Notes: generated by a model from the sequence alone, not told the origin. DNA of 64,000 nt from Octopus sinensis (GCF_006345805.1 NC_043011.1:30826464-30890463); one strand, 5' to 3'. Counted from the stretch's first letter, positions 1-14,620 are shown. Made by a program: numbers and translations.

Positions 1-631
1 AACTAAACTTAACATTGAAGTTGTAGAAAAAATAGGGTGGTTGATCAAATAATAGTTATGTAAGAAACACTCCTTGGACAAGATCACATGTACTGATAAG
101 AACAGCATTGTGGGTACTTTTAACTTCAGACTGTAAGACCAGAAATGTAGTCTCCCAATAAAATGCATGGAGGGCCATTGTAGGAACCGGAATACGACAT
201 ACATTGAAGAGACTTCTATGTGTTTAGCTGAGAGGCTAAATGAACATTGATGGGAGTATAAGAACCCGGGACAATGGTCGCTGCTCTACCAACATGCCAG
301 GGATTAACATAGCGGCATGCTGAATCAAATTCGTATTGAAATCTTGTCTAAAAACCCGAGGTGTTTTTCTCTGAGACAGATATAGTGCCAACACTAAATT
401 GAAAATATACATAGTAAATAATAGAACCACAACACTACTGTCACTATCTGGGTGTATGTACATCCGTGTGGGTGGGAGAGCATGTGCGTTCATAAGTAGG
501 TGTATATAGGGTAGTATTAGAATGATAGCAGGATACACAGAGCTCCAGAAAGATAAATTCATGTAATTATGAACAATTCCAATACATAACACAAACATAC
601 ACACACATGTAGACAAACTACACACATATCT

Positions 632-720
632 ACGCACACAGGTACACATGAACGCAAACAGGTACACATGAACGCAAACAGGTGCACATGAACGCACACA
701 GGTACACATGAACGCACACA
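632..720. repeat. 20-bp minisatellite (GGTACACATGAACGCAAACA) x~4
   Basis: Four near-identical 20-bp units at 641-720 plus a partial unit, within CA-rich sequence. Confidence 0.9.
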
Positions 721-3180
721 CACACATATGCGCGCACATCATACACACACACACAATACACATGCTTAGGAACACACACGCAACGATACACACAGACGCT
801 TACCTATTCAAGAAACAACGGGCTACACCACAAACAAAAACAGACGAAAATACACACACACACACATACAAGAACGATTGCTTGGAGGACAGACAGTATG
901 TAATAGTGAGTAAACTATCGACAGCTTCTGATTGGTCCAAATTAAGGTTATATATCCCTGTTGAAGACATACTTTCACCCACTCTCTCTACGAGATATCC
1001 TATGAAGCGAAAGTAGTTGTTGATAGGACGTTTCCAGAAGCGTACAGATCAGCACCATCCAGGCCTTAGTACCGAAGACAACTTCTTTACCAAATTCTTC
1101 ACCAAAAATTTATTTCATGGTTGAGTAGATATATGGCTGGAAATTATTGCCAAAGTCTCCCTTGGTCACATTTTTTCTCAACTGCACTATCATTTCTCTA
1201 TTCAAAGAACTGGGAATTCTTTTATTTTACTGCTTTAGACGTTAATCAAAATGAAGGCAAATATGCATAAGTCTCGTAGAGCAGCCCACTGAAAAGCTAT
1301 TTTCACTTCAAATAAATACTTGCGGTTAACCATATGCCATTTTCTATTATTGCCTTTTACCAATACTCAGCCATCTTTGTTGAGTGCCAGCATAGACTGT
1401 CGAGGAAGGTATTAAAGCCTAGTACAACTGAACAAAGTTTTGTTCGAAAGTTGCGTGCATTTCCTTGGAATCGAACAATGCACACCCTATAAGATCATAA
1501 CGTGAGCCCATTGTGCCGATGGATCTTCCAGATGTGCTAAGGAGCTAAACAACAGAACATCCCGAAAATGTTTCTAAACATGTGAAGAAATCCAGCTGCC
1601 CTTTCACGTGTTGAGCACAGCACAAATGTACCTTAGTAAATGGTATTTTAATAGAATAAAAACCAATAATAAAGTCATGAAATGAAAGTATCCTCTTATG
1701 ACGTCAGCTGCCTATGGCCAATCAGGAAACACCACATTATTGCCTCACTGCTATCTACTGAAGGCAAGAATTGTCTAGTCGAATATTCTACCTATGATCT
1801 ACAAGTGCATGTTCGGAACAAACCGATTCACCCGGTTCATGCTCATCTCTTTCAATTTCATACAATTTACTAAGGTGGTAGCACTTCTCTACCCATCTTC
1901 ATTTTCCTCTTCATGTGGTACTTATAAAAAGTGCTGAGGAGGGACTGGACGACTACGAAAATGTTTGTACACAGTCCCTTCATTCTCGTATGCTACATTA
2001 CTTCAATTGGCACAGCCATTAAACAGAGGAAAGCTGCCAGTCTTTCCCTACTTACAGGAGACGCCGTGATTATCTTCGAAGCAGTTTCGCTGTTAATTAG
2101 ATACTCCACCTAACAACAGCTGTTCGATATAATACCTCACGTCAGCATTTTTTCAGCTGCTGGATGAGAAGTAAGAGAGCAATTACATTGCAATCTCAAG
2201 CACGCCAGATTCAGTGCTTTCCAAACAGGTAACGTTTATTCAAGATCCACAGTGTTCTTGGCAGTACTGCAAAGTCACAAAATTAATCAGTTTCCATAAC
2301 TCTAACATGAAACAAAAGAGCAACGCTCTACTCTGGTCAGATACGCTTTGTGGGAAATGCAGGACTATCAGACAGTGAGTCAACGTAGGCATTCATCCCA
2401 TCATCCTAAACTTTGAGGTTGAACTTCATTTCCAGGCCATTTCTAGATGAGACCGGCTACGCTGTTCAATACAGGGGATTTATAATGCACTCTTCTTCAC
2501 AATATTTCTCCTAATATCGAAGTTGTCCCACATAGTTTTCCCTAGAATTGCGTACTTCCATGTGGTGTCGATAGCGTGCGCCTAACCATTTGCGAGCTAC
2601 TGACCAAAATTTATAAAATTGGCATTTAGTGCATTTGTAAATTTGAAATTATCAAAGACGGTATCTTTCCACAGCAATTGCACCCCCGCCCCAAATTGTT
2701 GTGAATTGCAACAGAAATCGACCAAGCCTGTAATGAACGAGTCCGAAATGTACTTAAAATTCATATGACTATTTCCCTCTCACTCAACCACTCCCGAAAA
2801 TATTTCTAGATAAGTTCTAGAATTTTTTAATTCATTATTCCAGTACTATGTACTTCATAGAATAATGGTTATGAAGAACGCTAATTATGTGTATCAGAAC
2901 AAAAAACGCACGTACACAAAAACTTGTAGATATATATAATTGGTTAAATCTCACTGAAACTGTATATAGTAGTATAGAAACTTTATTTATACCAACGATA
3001 TTATGGAAGAAGAGAATCACTGTACAAATGCTCTCGTCACGACACCTGACAGAAATTTTGTGCGATTTTTATCTACATTATTTTCGATTATTTAAAATGT
3101 TTTCTAATCGACAAAAAATTGTTCTAAATTCTCAAACCTGTTGTTATATTCATTATTTGCAGAAGTAATTCAAGATTGGA

Positions 3181-3293
<113 letters not shown>

Positions 3294-4503
3294 GGTCGAG
3301 GCCTGATCCAATTTGAACTAGCTTACAAAACAACCACAATTGGACTGGCCAAATATCTTGAAATAACGAATGACTGGATGCTAAAGCTCGTGGAAAATCA
3401 CGAGAGACGAAAGAAGCTTCATTCTATCATAAAGGAAAGCAAAAAAATTGCTATTGATCTCGTGCAGGATACCCAAACCCGAGGGAAGTACGGCAACTAT
3501 TGTTGCAAAGAAGGTGAAAATAATGGCAACGAAAAAAGCGCACGAGCAATTGGCTGATAGGTGGGAGGAGAAACCTCTGCACAGCAAATATGTGGCCCGT
3601 AGCGAACAAGCTGATGTTGACCAGAAGCAAACCCATCAGTGGCTACGGAGCTCAGGGCTAAAAGCAGAGAGCGAAGGTTTCATCCTGGCTGCTCAAGATC
3701 AAAGCCTATTAACCCGGAACTACCAGGCCAATGTAATGAAAAATGGAGCAGACCCAAAAATGCCGATTCTGCAATGACATGATTGAAACAGTGGACCACC
3801 TAATCTCTGGATGTAAAGTCTTAGCACCAGTGGAGTATAAATTAAGACATGACAGAGTTGGCCAATATCTCTACTGGCTAATAAGTCGGCATTACAATAT
3901 CAAAACTGCCGACAAGTGGTATAATCACCACCCTGAGGCTGTAACTGAAGGAGAAAATGTAACCATTCTGTGGGACTTTCCAGTACATACAGACCGAACC
4001 ATCAAAGCCAATAAACCACATATTGCTGTGAAAGACAAAAACAATAAAGTTTGCTTATTGATCGACATGAGCATCCCCTGTGATCATAATATCTCAGCGA
4101 AAGAGTTTGACAAGCTCAGAAAATATAAAGACCTGCTCATTGAAATTGAGAAAATGTGGCATCTCAAGGCGGTTACAATACCAGTGATCGTAGGAGCACT
4201 AGGAATGATCAAGAAGGGAACCGAAAATTATATGAGAATGATCCCTGGCTTACCATCCCTGCAAGAAGTGCAAAAGATTGTCTTAACTGGTACATCACAC
4301 GTTTTGAGAAGAGCATTGTCGCTGTGAGAGCTGTTACTGCCCATGTATTTTAATTTAACCTTAAAAAAAAAATGAACGAACTATTGAGTTTGGTTTAATG
4401 GCCTACCAATGTATACTATGAGTTTCTTTGCCCTAGGAGTCGGGAAGACGCTCGGCAAGAAATAGAAGCAAATTTGAAAGAAGAAGAAAAAAAACAAAAA
4501 AAC
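3294..4503 (+). mobile_element. 5'-truncated Dong/R4-clade non-LTR retrotransposon (family alpha): RT C-terminus, CCHC knuckle, restriction-like endonuclease, 3'UTR; frameshifted
   Basis: GRGLI...; WLRSSGLKAESEGFILAAQDQ; CRFC..ETVDHLISGC..LA..EY..RHD; ILWDF..TDRTIKANKPHI; LIDMSIP.D.NI..KE.DKL.KYKDL; VTIPVIVGALG. Flanked on both sides by (TAA)n. Frameshifts near 3470 and 3750. Confidence 0.88.
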
Positions 4504-5299
4504 AATAATAATAATAATAATAATAGTGACTATGACGTCACTGCTCAATCTACATTTCGAAATTAACAAGAATTCGATATAATGTAGAATTCTTCGTAAA
4601 AATCATGAGACGAAATGAAAGATTTTTTTCTCAGAATTAGAAATCTAAATCATTTATTACCGGCGAATATTAAGAAAATATTTTTAATTAAATGATAATC
4701 TCTATAACCACTAAAGCTAAAATGTGAAGGTATATAACATTCACTAATCCAGAAGCAGCTATCTTTCTCAACGCTGGTATCATTTTCTAGCGTCTCAATA
4801 TATATGCATCATTTTGTCTTCTAGGTTTCTATTTAAATATATTTCTCCAAATGTTATGAGATTTCCCGAATATAATTAAGTTCTGTGTGCTTTGGTTGAA
4901 GTTTGCTTCCAATTCGCATAAGGTTGCTTATGTGTTACGTGTAGAGTAACTGTGTAAATTTTGTCCAAAATGTGATAGTACGACCAAAAGACTTGTTACT
5001 TGAGTTATTTTATTCTTGACAAGAGTTACCAAATACTAAGTAATAGACATATTTTTCTATTACTATGTAGTTTTTACTGGTTTAAGCTACGTTTCTATGT
5101 TTATGGTGTAGTTTTTTCTATCAGTACATATAGTTTTTACCTAGAAATATTCGGCCAAAATGTTTCACGATATCATTCCTTTTTCTCGTCAGTATACTAC
5201 TTTCTGGTTAATAGAAATAGAAAATTTTAAATAAAGGTATAGCTAAGAGTACGATCACGAATACATGGGACCAAGATGAAATTATTCCGAAGGGTCTCT

Positions 5300-5652
5300 G
5301 TAGTCACATTATTCGATAAGATGCGTGTCTCCCAAGATCAGGGAGACTCTTCAGTCCGAGCCTCATTGAGGGGTCACAGCTCCGGTCCTACGGACATATG
5401 ATTAGACTGTCACGAGAAAGAACCGCAAGGCGGATTTTTCAAACCGAGCCGGTCGGCAGGAGACCTGGGGATGGACTATGGACAAGATGGTTGGATAATA
5501 TCCGTAGTCTTGGTTACGCTTGAGAATCTGGAAGAGGTACGTGCGGATTCTGCACAATGAATGGGGGACAGAGCAGATGGATGGATGGATCGATCGATGA
5601 ATGGATGGATCGATCGATAGATGGATGGATGGATCGATCGATCGATGAATGA
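5300..5652 (+). mobile_element. Degenerate RTE-clade LINE 3' end with (GATG/GATC)n tail
   Basis: Translates as SQLRSYGHMIRLSRERTARRIFQTEPVGRRPG...RWLDNI, matching the RTE C-terminal pattern QLRWxGH..R...RP..RW.D. Followed by a short tandem-repeat tail at 5577-5652. Confidence 0.6.
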
Positions 5653-6019
5653 ATGGTTGTTCATTAAGGGCTCGTACCAAACCTTTTGGAAAGTGGGAAT
5701 CGTTCTGTGAATTGTACATGTACACAGAAAACTAAGTAGAGATTTATGCATGCGTATATGCTTGTGGATCAGAGAAAGTGGAGGATGAGAGAGAATATGT
5801 TAGTGTGTACGTGTAGGTGTGAGTGTATGTAAATATAGCTGTGAGGTGAAAGTAGGTAACAAAGTTAGGATACCTTGCAGCAATAATACTATTTACAATA
5901 TAGTGGTGAGAAATAACACGTGACAAATTAGATTGTAGTCTCTTTGGTAATAGATCAAAGAATCTGTTGTTATATTGGGAAAATGGCTAAATTACGATTA
6001 CATATACAAACCGGCTATC

Positions 6020-6236
6020 GGGTGATGGTGGGGTACAAACACAAACATTCACACACATATATATATATACATAGATATAAACATATGCGTATATACGACG
6101 GGCTTCTTTCAGTTTCCATCTACCAAATTCATTCACTAAAGCTATGGTAGACGATATTTACCCAAGGTGCCACGCAGAATGGCTGAATCTGGAACCATGT
6201 AGTTGGGAAGCGAACTTCTTACCACACAGTCACACG
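6020..6236 (-). mobile_element. tRNA-derived SINE family 1, partial
   Basis: Reverse complement matches the family seen complete at 24889-25305 (GACGGGCTTCTTTCAGTTTCC.TCTACCAAAT...CTTACCACACAG). Confidence 0.75.
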
Positions 6237-6276
6237 ATCTGTGTTTTTTGGTATATTTCCTCTTCCTTTAGATTTT

Positions 6277-6643
6277 ACTAGCAGTATCGCCCGGCGTTGC
6301 TCAGGTTTGTAAGGGAAATAACTATAAAGCATTTTTAGAGAGTTATAGCCAAAAAATGGAAAAAAATGATGGTAAATTTTTTTGAGAGTAAAAAAAGGTG
6401 GAGTTGCGTCCCCTAGACGGTTTGTGTTTCTGATTCTCGACCCCATGTCGAATTTATCGATTTTTTTCAGAACTGGGGGAACTTTTCAAAATTTTCGCTG
6501 CGTTAGTTTTGAATTATGACATTGAGCTATGTGTGTGTTAAGTTTCATCAGAATCGGTTGAAAGCCGTGGTCAGGGTGAGGGTACAAGCAAACAGACACA
6601 CAGAAACACGCACAGACAAACTGCCGTTTATATAGAGAGAGAT
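6277..6643 (+). mobile_element. Non-autonomous Helentron/Helitron-like element (HINE-type)
   Basis: Starts ACTAGCAGTATCGCCCGGCGTTGCTC, ends ACAGACAAACTGCCGTTTATATAGAGAGAT, and sits in a T-rich site with no obvious TSD. Further copies at 7211, 11357 and 12419. Confidence 0.65.
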
Positions 6644-6776
6644 TTTAATCCGTTGCGAAGTTAAACAGAAATGGTATTTTAAAGAAAAGTATATCACTTT
6701 TCTCTTCGTCATTCTTTCCTCAGCCATTCACTCTTTATGTTATTCATTGGTAGGTGAATCTTGGATATGTTTGTTT

Positions 6777-6808
<32 letters not shown>

Positions 6809-7210
6809 TTTTTGTCAGATTTGGTAAATTAATTCCTGATGTTACCGGAAAGTTTTTGACTGGCAGTAAGGAGATATTTTTCTGTAATTTCATAAGTATT
6901 CGATTTTGATCCATTCCTATCTAATTCGTTTATTTGTGTTGCCATTTTAACTTAGCGGTACGCGATGAAATCCTACTTCGTCATGTTCCGTATGATTATG
7001 TCTCACCACCAAATAGTTTCTTTGTTTCTTTTTTCCATTCTAAAATCTAGTGAATCGCGTTGCCGTTATGTCTGGTACACTATTAGCTAAAGAAAGAGTC
7101 AGCTAAAACTCTAATTAATATCCCTATTATACTTCCCGAGTCATCCGAGTCAATCAAAACTTGCTGTTTTTCTCAATAACTTTAATAAACACAGTGCTAG
7201 TTATCAGTGA

Positions 7211-7326
7211 ATCTCTCTCTATATAAACGGCATCATTTTTTTCCATTTTTTTGGCTATAACTCTCTAAAAATGCTTTATAGTTATTTCCCTTACAAACCT
7301 GAGCAACGCCGGGCGATACTGCTAGT
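7211..7326 (-). mobile_element. Internally deleted HINE-type element
   Basis: Both termini of the 6277-6643 element are joined with the middle missing. Confidence 0.65.
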
Positions 7327-7415
7327 ATGAAATAAACAAACAAAATACAATACAATTAAAATTGTAATTAACCAAAGGTGTGGCGTTGCCTACGATGATG
7401 ACGGCATTCTTTTAT

Positions 7416-7618
7416 TCTTTTACTTGTTTCAGTCATTTGACTGCTGCCATGCTGGGGTACTGCCTTTAGACGAACAAATCGACCCCAGGAGTTATTCTTC
7501 GTAAGCTTAGTACTTATTCTATCGGTCTCTTTTGCCGAACCACTAGGTTACGGGGACGTAAACACACCAACATCGGTGGCAAGAGATGGCGGGGAGACAA
7601 ACACAGACACAAAGATAC

Positions 7619-7657
<39 letters not shown>

Positions 7658-7817
7658 CGAGCTTCTTTCAGTTTGCGTCTACCAAATCCACTCACAAGGC
7701 TTTGGTCAGCCGGATGCTATAGTAGAAGACACTTGCCCAAAGTACCACACAGTCGATTGAACCCCGAACGATGTGGTTGGAAAGCAAGCTTCTTACCACA
7801 CAGCTACTCCTGCGCCT
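7416..7817 (-). mobile_element. tRNA-derived SINE family 1, full length
   Basis: Reverse complement runs AGGCGCAGGAGTAGCTGTGTGGTAAG ... internal (TA)n ... GAAACAAGTAAAAG tail. Confidence 0.85.
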
Positions 7818-8469
7818 TGACAATACTTTTAAGAAATAATTTCAATAGATAATATTTTTTCAGAATTACGAACAATTTTTCTCCGGAACATGTAATGTAT
7901 ATAAAAATCAACAACAATAATGAGGTATAGATGCGGTATTTTTGAAAAGTAAGCGTTCATTTATTTCGGTCTTTTTGATGAGTAACCCTTCGATTTTACT
8001 TCCCATAGCTGTTGGAATGAGTTACAAAAATTTGATCGAAATGCTAAATGAGTTGAAGAACATTGATTGTATCGTATCTGCTTAAATATGTGCTTAAAGC
8101 TTATGTCAAAATTGGCTTGATTTTGAACGCAGATGTGATATTGATTATGATCAACAAACTACATATTTTGACGTCAGAAGCAATATGGAAGTTTATTAGA
8201 AAGCAGAATGTATCATACATATCTTCCATACAATAATATGATTACCTGTGCATCTAGAGCAAAAAAAATTAGTATTCTTTAATTGGGTTTGTGACCAAGA
8301 TGCTCTGAACAGAACTCAACACAACCAACTCACAAAATAAAGAAGACAAACATGCGAGAAAAGACATTTTTTTTTTCTTGTATACTGAAATACCAAACTA
8401 TTATGTCATCAAGAAGGTAAATGTCAGTGAAACAAATAAGAAATAATAACTATGGGGCTCGGCTCAAGG

Positions 8470-8870
8470 CCAGCAAGTTTTGGGGAGGGGTTACATTGAC
8501 TCCAGTGCTCAACTGATATATATTTTATCAGCCCCAAAAGGATGAAAAGCAAAGTCGACCTTGGCGGAATTTGAACTCAGAACGTAAAGATGGACGAAAT
8601 GTCGCTAAGTATTTTGCCCCGTGTGCTAACGATTCTGCCATTTCACCGCCTTACAGCTTACCAACAATGATTTCAAATTTTAGCACAAAGCCAGCAAGTT
8701 TTGGGGGAGGGGTTAAGTCGATTACATCGACTCCAGTGCCCAACTGGTATTTATTTTATCGACTCCTGAAAGGATAAAAGGCAAAGTCGACCTTGGCGAA
8801 ATTTGAACTCAGAATGTAAGAACAGGCGAAATACAAGCATTTTCCCCCAGTGTACTAACGATTCTGCCAT
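8470..8870 (-). mobile_element. tRNA-derived SINE family 2, two tandem copies
   Basis: Two units containing AAAGTCGACCTTGGCG.AATTTGAACTCAGAA (reverse complement of B-box-like TTCTGAGTTCAAATT and GTCGACTTTGCCTTT); same family as 20484-21025. Confidence 0.8.
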
Positions 8871-9057
8871 CACGGAAAATAAAATTATTACAAAGAATTT
8901 ATTCTGCCATCTTAAGGAATAATATAAGATTTCATCTTTGGTTATTAGTACTATGCATTTCAAGTGCCACAGGTTTTTAGCTCTGCTCATCTTCCCGATG
9001 AGAAGATTTATGGCTTTGTGGTTAAGATGTTCGGGTCACCTTTTTATTTATTTATGC

Positions 9058-9355
9058 ACCCTTTTCAAGCCTAGCCAGGCTCATGGGCCCGGTTTCCCGG
9101 TTTCTGTGGCGTATGTGTTACCCCCAGCTGGACGGGACGTCAGTCCATCGCAGCGTTACTCAAGAAACAGGAAGAAAGGGTGAGAGAAAGTTGGGGGGGA
9201 AAGTACAACAGGGGTCGCCACCACCCCCTGCCGGAGCATCGTGGAGCTTTAGGTGTTTTCGCTCAATAAACACACACAACGCCTGGTCTGGTAATCGAAA
9301 CCGCGATCCTCCGACCGCGAGTCAGCTGCCCTAACCACTCGGCCATTGCGCCTCC
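9058..9355 (-). mobile_element. tRNA-derived SINE family 3 (MetaSINE-like central domain)
   Basis: Reverse complement has A box TGGCCGAGTGG, B-box-like GGTTTCGATTACC and central GCGATGGACTGACGTCCCGTCCAGCTGGGG...GAAACCGGGAAACCGGGCCCATGAGCC. Confidence 0.75.
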
Positions 9356-9492
9356 TCGGGTCACCTACCGGTGCAATATGTCCTTGGGCATGGTACTTCA
9401 TTTCATATTGTTTGCATCTGCTCAGATATAATGAGTACCGGCTAGATACTGACACTACCACTATCCTTCTCTCTCTCTCTCTCTCCCCCCCC

Positions 9493-9523
<31 letters not shown>

Positions 9524-9672
9524 CTCCCATCCTCTCTCATGCAGTTGAATATTGGATGTTCTGAAGGTTCAAGTATTAGGAATGGAAGGGTTCTCGAATA
9601 CATAGGCACACAACAATTAGCGAAAATGTTAAACAAATTTTGACTTTATATCCGCTCCCTCGAGAAGCGGAT

Positions 9673-9674
<2 letters not shown>

Positions 9675-9745
<71 letters not shown>

Positions 9746-9746
9746 T
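9675..9746. repeat. (GT)n/(GCGT)n microsatellite
   Basis: Direct inspection. Confidence 0.95.
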
Positions 9747-10477
9747 ATAAATACTTTTCTAGACGATGCAAAAGTATTTTTTACGGCCGTTCAAGTTTAT
9801 CAATAAAGTCCGTCAATTACGGAGTGTAGAACAAAAAGAGTAAACAACAAAAAATATGTAAACACTCCTGTTTTGACCTCTGTTTGGTGCACAAGCATTC
9901 AGCTCTGAGTACACTTCTTCTTATAACGGAGACAGCTGTAAGACAATGAAGTTGATTACGTAATGTTTGTCCCATTCTCATTCTATTCGTTTTATGTCAC
10001 GCATTGTACTCGCCTAGCCCTTTATTCTGAAGCATATGTATATTGATGTTTAACACCGGGTTATTACTATCCTTACGATACTAAGAGAAAACGTTACACA
10101 CACACACACACAGTATCGTTATGATGCTAAGAGAAAATATTACATACACACACACACATACACACACACACACTCACAACACAAACTCACACAAACACAC
10201 ACACATACACACTTACACATCTTATGGCCTAGTGGTTAGCATGTTACTCTCACCATCGCAACATCGACTCCGCAGCGGCGGTCTAGCGTTCAGCTGAAGT
10301 AGTATGTTGGCTCTCCCACCTAGCCTGCGGGATGCCACAATAATGCGAGGAAATGCATTGCAACCAGCAACGTATAGCAACATGCCACAGTCTGTCGAAA
10401 CTGTTATATATATATATATATTTGGAAAAAAAAAGTCAAGGTAGAAAATGCTAAAATAATTTTATAAAAAAACATTT

Positions 10478-10512
10478 CAGTACCGGTTTCAGTCATTGAG
10501 ACTTTTCAACTG
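10478..10512 (-). ncRNA. Degenerate minimal hammerhead-ribozyme-like motif (paralog of 27347-27384)
   Basis: Reverse complement CAG-TTGAAAA-GTC tcaat GAC-T-GAAAC-CG-GTA-CTG; the stem II closing pair is damaged. Confidence 0.4.
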
Positions 10513-10614
10513 TAAGTGTGGAAAACAATTAAATTTTGGAAAAATTAAAAGAAGTTTTTTAAAAGAATATTTGCATAGTGTTCAAATACAAATGTCATTT
10601 TCCTTGTTTCTGCC

Positions 10615-10618
<4 letters not shown>

Positions 10619-10705
<87 letters not shown>

Positions 10706-10800
10706 TACGCTTGTGGGTTCGAGATCGTTGTGAATTCTTGGTAGGGAAGAAGAAGAAGAAGAAGAAGAAGAAGAACAACAACAACAACAACAACAACAAG
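10619..10800. repeat. (TC)n, (GAA)n and (CAA)n microsatellites
   Basis: Direct inspection. Confidence 0.95.
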
Positions 10801-10857
10801 AATACGTGAGTTGACATTTTTCTATATATATCAACTCATGTGTTCCTTTTCAACCTT

Positions 10858-10907
<50 letters not shown>

Positions 10908-10970
10908 ATAAAACGGTAAGATAACAAAAGAAAGAAAGAGACCTCAATATTATGTAAATAGAGGAAATTT

Positions 10971-12076
<1,106 letters not shown>

Positions 12077-12329
12077 GCAAAGTATGCTGGTTTAGTTCAC
12101 AGGTGATCTAAACGATTATACGATTATGTACGCTAGGTAAGTGGTGTAACGGATTACTAGGACTCCAAGGTTGTAGTAGCCGAGACGGTAGCTATGGAGC
12201 CATTGCAGATTTCCGATATAGCGGATATATATTTGTTAGATTTTTCCAATAATAATAAAAATGTATAACACTTGAGATGTTTCTCTTGCCTTAACAATTA
12301 TATATACATATATATATACATACATACTT

Positions 12330-12415
<86 letters not shown>

Positions 12416-12418
12416 TAT

Positions 12419-12726
12419 ACTAGCAGTATCGCCCGGCGTTGCTCGGGTTTGTAAAGAAAATAACTATATAAGCATTTTTAGAGAGTTACTTCCCTTATAT
12501 AAACCGAGCGAAAAATGCATTAAAAATGCGGAAAATTATGGTAATTTTTTTTTTAAATCGTAGACTCATCGTAGACGCTCGCTAATACCCAGAAGTGCTC
12601 GATATGAATCACGACTATAAGATACCTGCATTTGGTTAAACTGCACCTTAAAATGTGGGAGTAGTTAGGAATTTAAATTGGAGTAGATAGACACACACAC
12701 ACAACTTCAGTTTTATATATAAAGAT
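12419..12726 (+). mobile_element. HINE-type element, related subfamily
   Basis: Same ACTAGCAGTATCGCCCGGCGTTGCTCGGG 5' end, different interior, ends ACACACAACTTCAGTTTTATATATAAAGAT. Confidence 0.65.
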
Positions 12727-13039
12727 ATATATATATACATGCATATATAATTCATGTTTACGCTAGTTTAGCAAAGTGACTAAGAATAAATTACAATTTC
12801 TGAGAATCGCATGGAGCATAGTGGGGCCCTAGGGTTGTAAGGGTTGTAATTGATTTCTAATTTATTTCTGAGACTAGAAGACTTTGTCTATTTTGAATAA
12901 AGAACAAGAGTGAGTTGACAGCTCATGACTAAGTATGGTCATAAATATTATCATAGGTATCCCTTTCAACCGTTTGATTTGCCCGACTAAGTCCGATATT
13001 AGTCGACTTAGTAAACCTATTCTGGATACTATACTACTC

Positions 13040-14118
13040 ATCTATGTTAGACATTAATTCGGGCTTATACTACCCCTATAGGAAACTGGGTGAAGTTACG
13101 AGGTATGTGAACAAATCCTCAAATCACCTTCCTAATATATTAAAATCAATAGTCAAAAGTATTTCTAAAAGAATTACGAAATTATCAGCTAATAAAGGTA
13201 TTTTTAATACTCATTTCCACCACTATAACTTCACTTTGTCTAAAGCAGGATATAACCAGAGAATTCATTTTCTTAATCCAGAAAATATAACACCTACTAA
13301 TAATATGAACAATGAGAATTTAAGTGAGAGGGAGAATAGGGGCCTACTTAGTCGAGAATACAGGCCTATTGTGAAAGCATCCAGCAAACCCATCAATTCA
13401 AATAATAAGATAAGTAACAATAGGAAATTAGATTCTATAACCTGTATGACTATTAGTTTATATAATAATTGTAGATAGACGACTGAGCGGATTATGCCAT
13501 CCTCTGATGATCAGCAAAATACTGATAGTACAGTTATACTAAATAATCAAGTCGTGAGTTTAGGAGGCAGTAGAAGAGTAGATAGATTCTGCCTTCATAT
13601 ACGTAAGAGATCTGATAATAGTAATATGGCCTGGTATAACGTCCCCTTCAACTGTGCTATATCCACCAGCATAGACAAAAAATTTATGGCAATTTTAGAT
13701 AAAAGCTTCCCTGCAACCCTTAGATATAATACAATATATATAATTTTCCCGTATGACAATCAGAATCTCGTATTCTACCCTCACCAATATAGCTACCATC
13801 TTAGCCAGGTTAAATAGAAAGAATGTAAAATTAGCAAGAGAAATTAATGATAATAATATTAGTATTGTCAATACTGGTTTAAACACCTACAATGCTGATA
13901 ATATTAATGGAGATGTAGGAATCAGGAACAACAGTACTAACACATCTAATATTTATAATATGGACAGTGACCCCGGTGTTTATACTAACACAGAGATTAC
14001 TGACAATACCTGATGGGGCTGAGATGAATTTAAATGATACTATTGTTGAAGGAAGTATAAATAATAACAGTAATAATAATACTGATAATAATTATAAAAG
14101 TAGTAATAACAATAACAA

Positions 14119-14183
<65 letters not shown>

Positions 14184-14620
14184 AGGCTCTCGGTTGCAAT
14201 TGTAGAGTTAAAATCCATCGTCCGTTATTAGGTCGATGTTTAATCCAAAACGTAATTCATAAATGTACAATTATGACTGAAGCTGGTAACTTTATATACA
14301 TAGGATGTTCGATAAATATGAAAAAAACGTATTTATAAACATTTTTCATCATTTAGACTCAGACATAAAGCTAATAATATGTCTTTATCTCGTAATATTT
14401 GGGAACTTAAAGATAGCAGGAACGGATTTAGCATTGAATGGTATATAATACCATTTGGTATAATACCATTTGGGCTTTGCTCTATGGAAATTTATGAGAT
14501 TTTAAATACGGAGACAAGAGCAACCTGATTAATAATAGATTAGACTTAGGGGTATCATGCATGTATAGCATCACCCGCACATTTAAGTATTTTTGAAATT
14601 ATAGTTATCATACTTGAACT
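13040..14620 (+). mobile_element. Degenerate Penelope-like element (RT thumb, Cys-rich linker, GIY-YIG; probably Neptune-type)
   Basis: LDINSGLYYPYRK...YVNKSSNH.PNI...ISKRITKLS..GY; WYNVPF...LDKSFP; IRISYS..NI; CNCR...PL.GRCL..NVIH...IYIG...H.SSFR...LS..IWELK...IEW. Several stops and frameshifts. Confidence 0.75.

Noticed and set aside
236-1016. 185-aa and 102-aa ORFs as genes
   Set aside because: Starts lie in CA/TG repeat sequence and no recognisable domain is present.
1072-1095. DNFFT piggyBac-like motif (+) and a WLGARYRHH hAT-like motif near 2570 (-)
   Set aside because: Isolated short motifs; the flanking catalytic motifs could not be found in the expected order.
5321-5356. Minus-strand CTGAAGA followed by a perfect 7-bp hairpin (hammerhead-like)
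   Set aside because: No GAAA or stem III follows, and it is antisense to an RTE coding remnant; probably chance.
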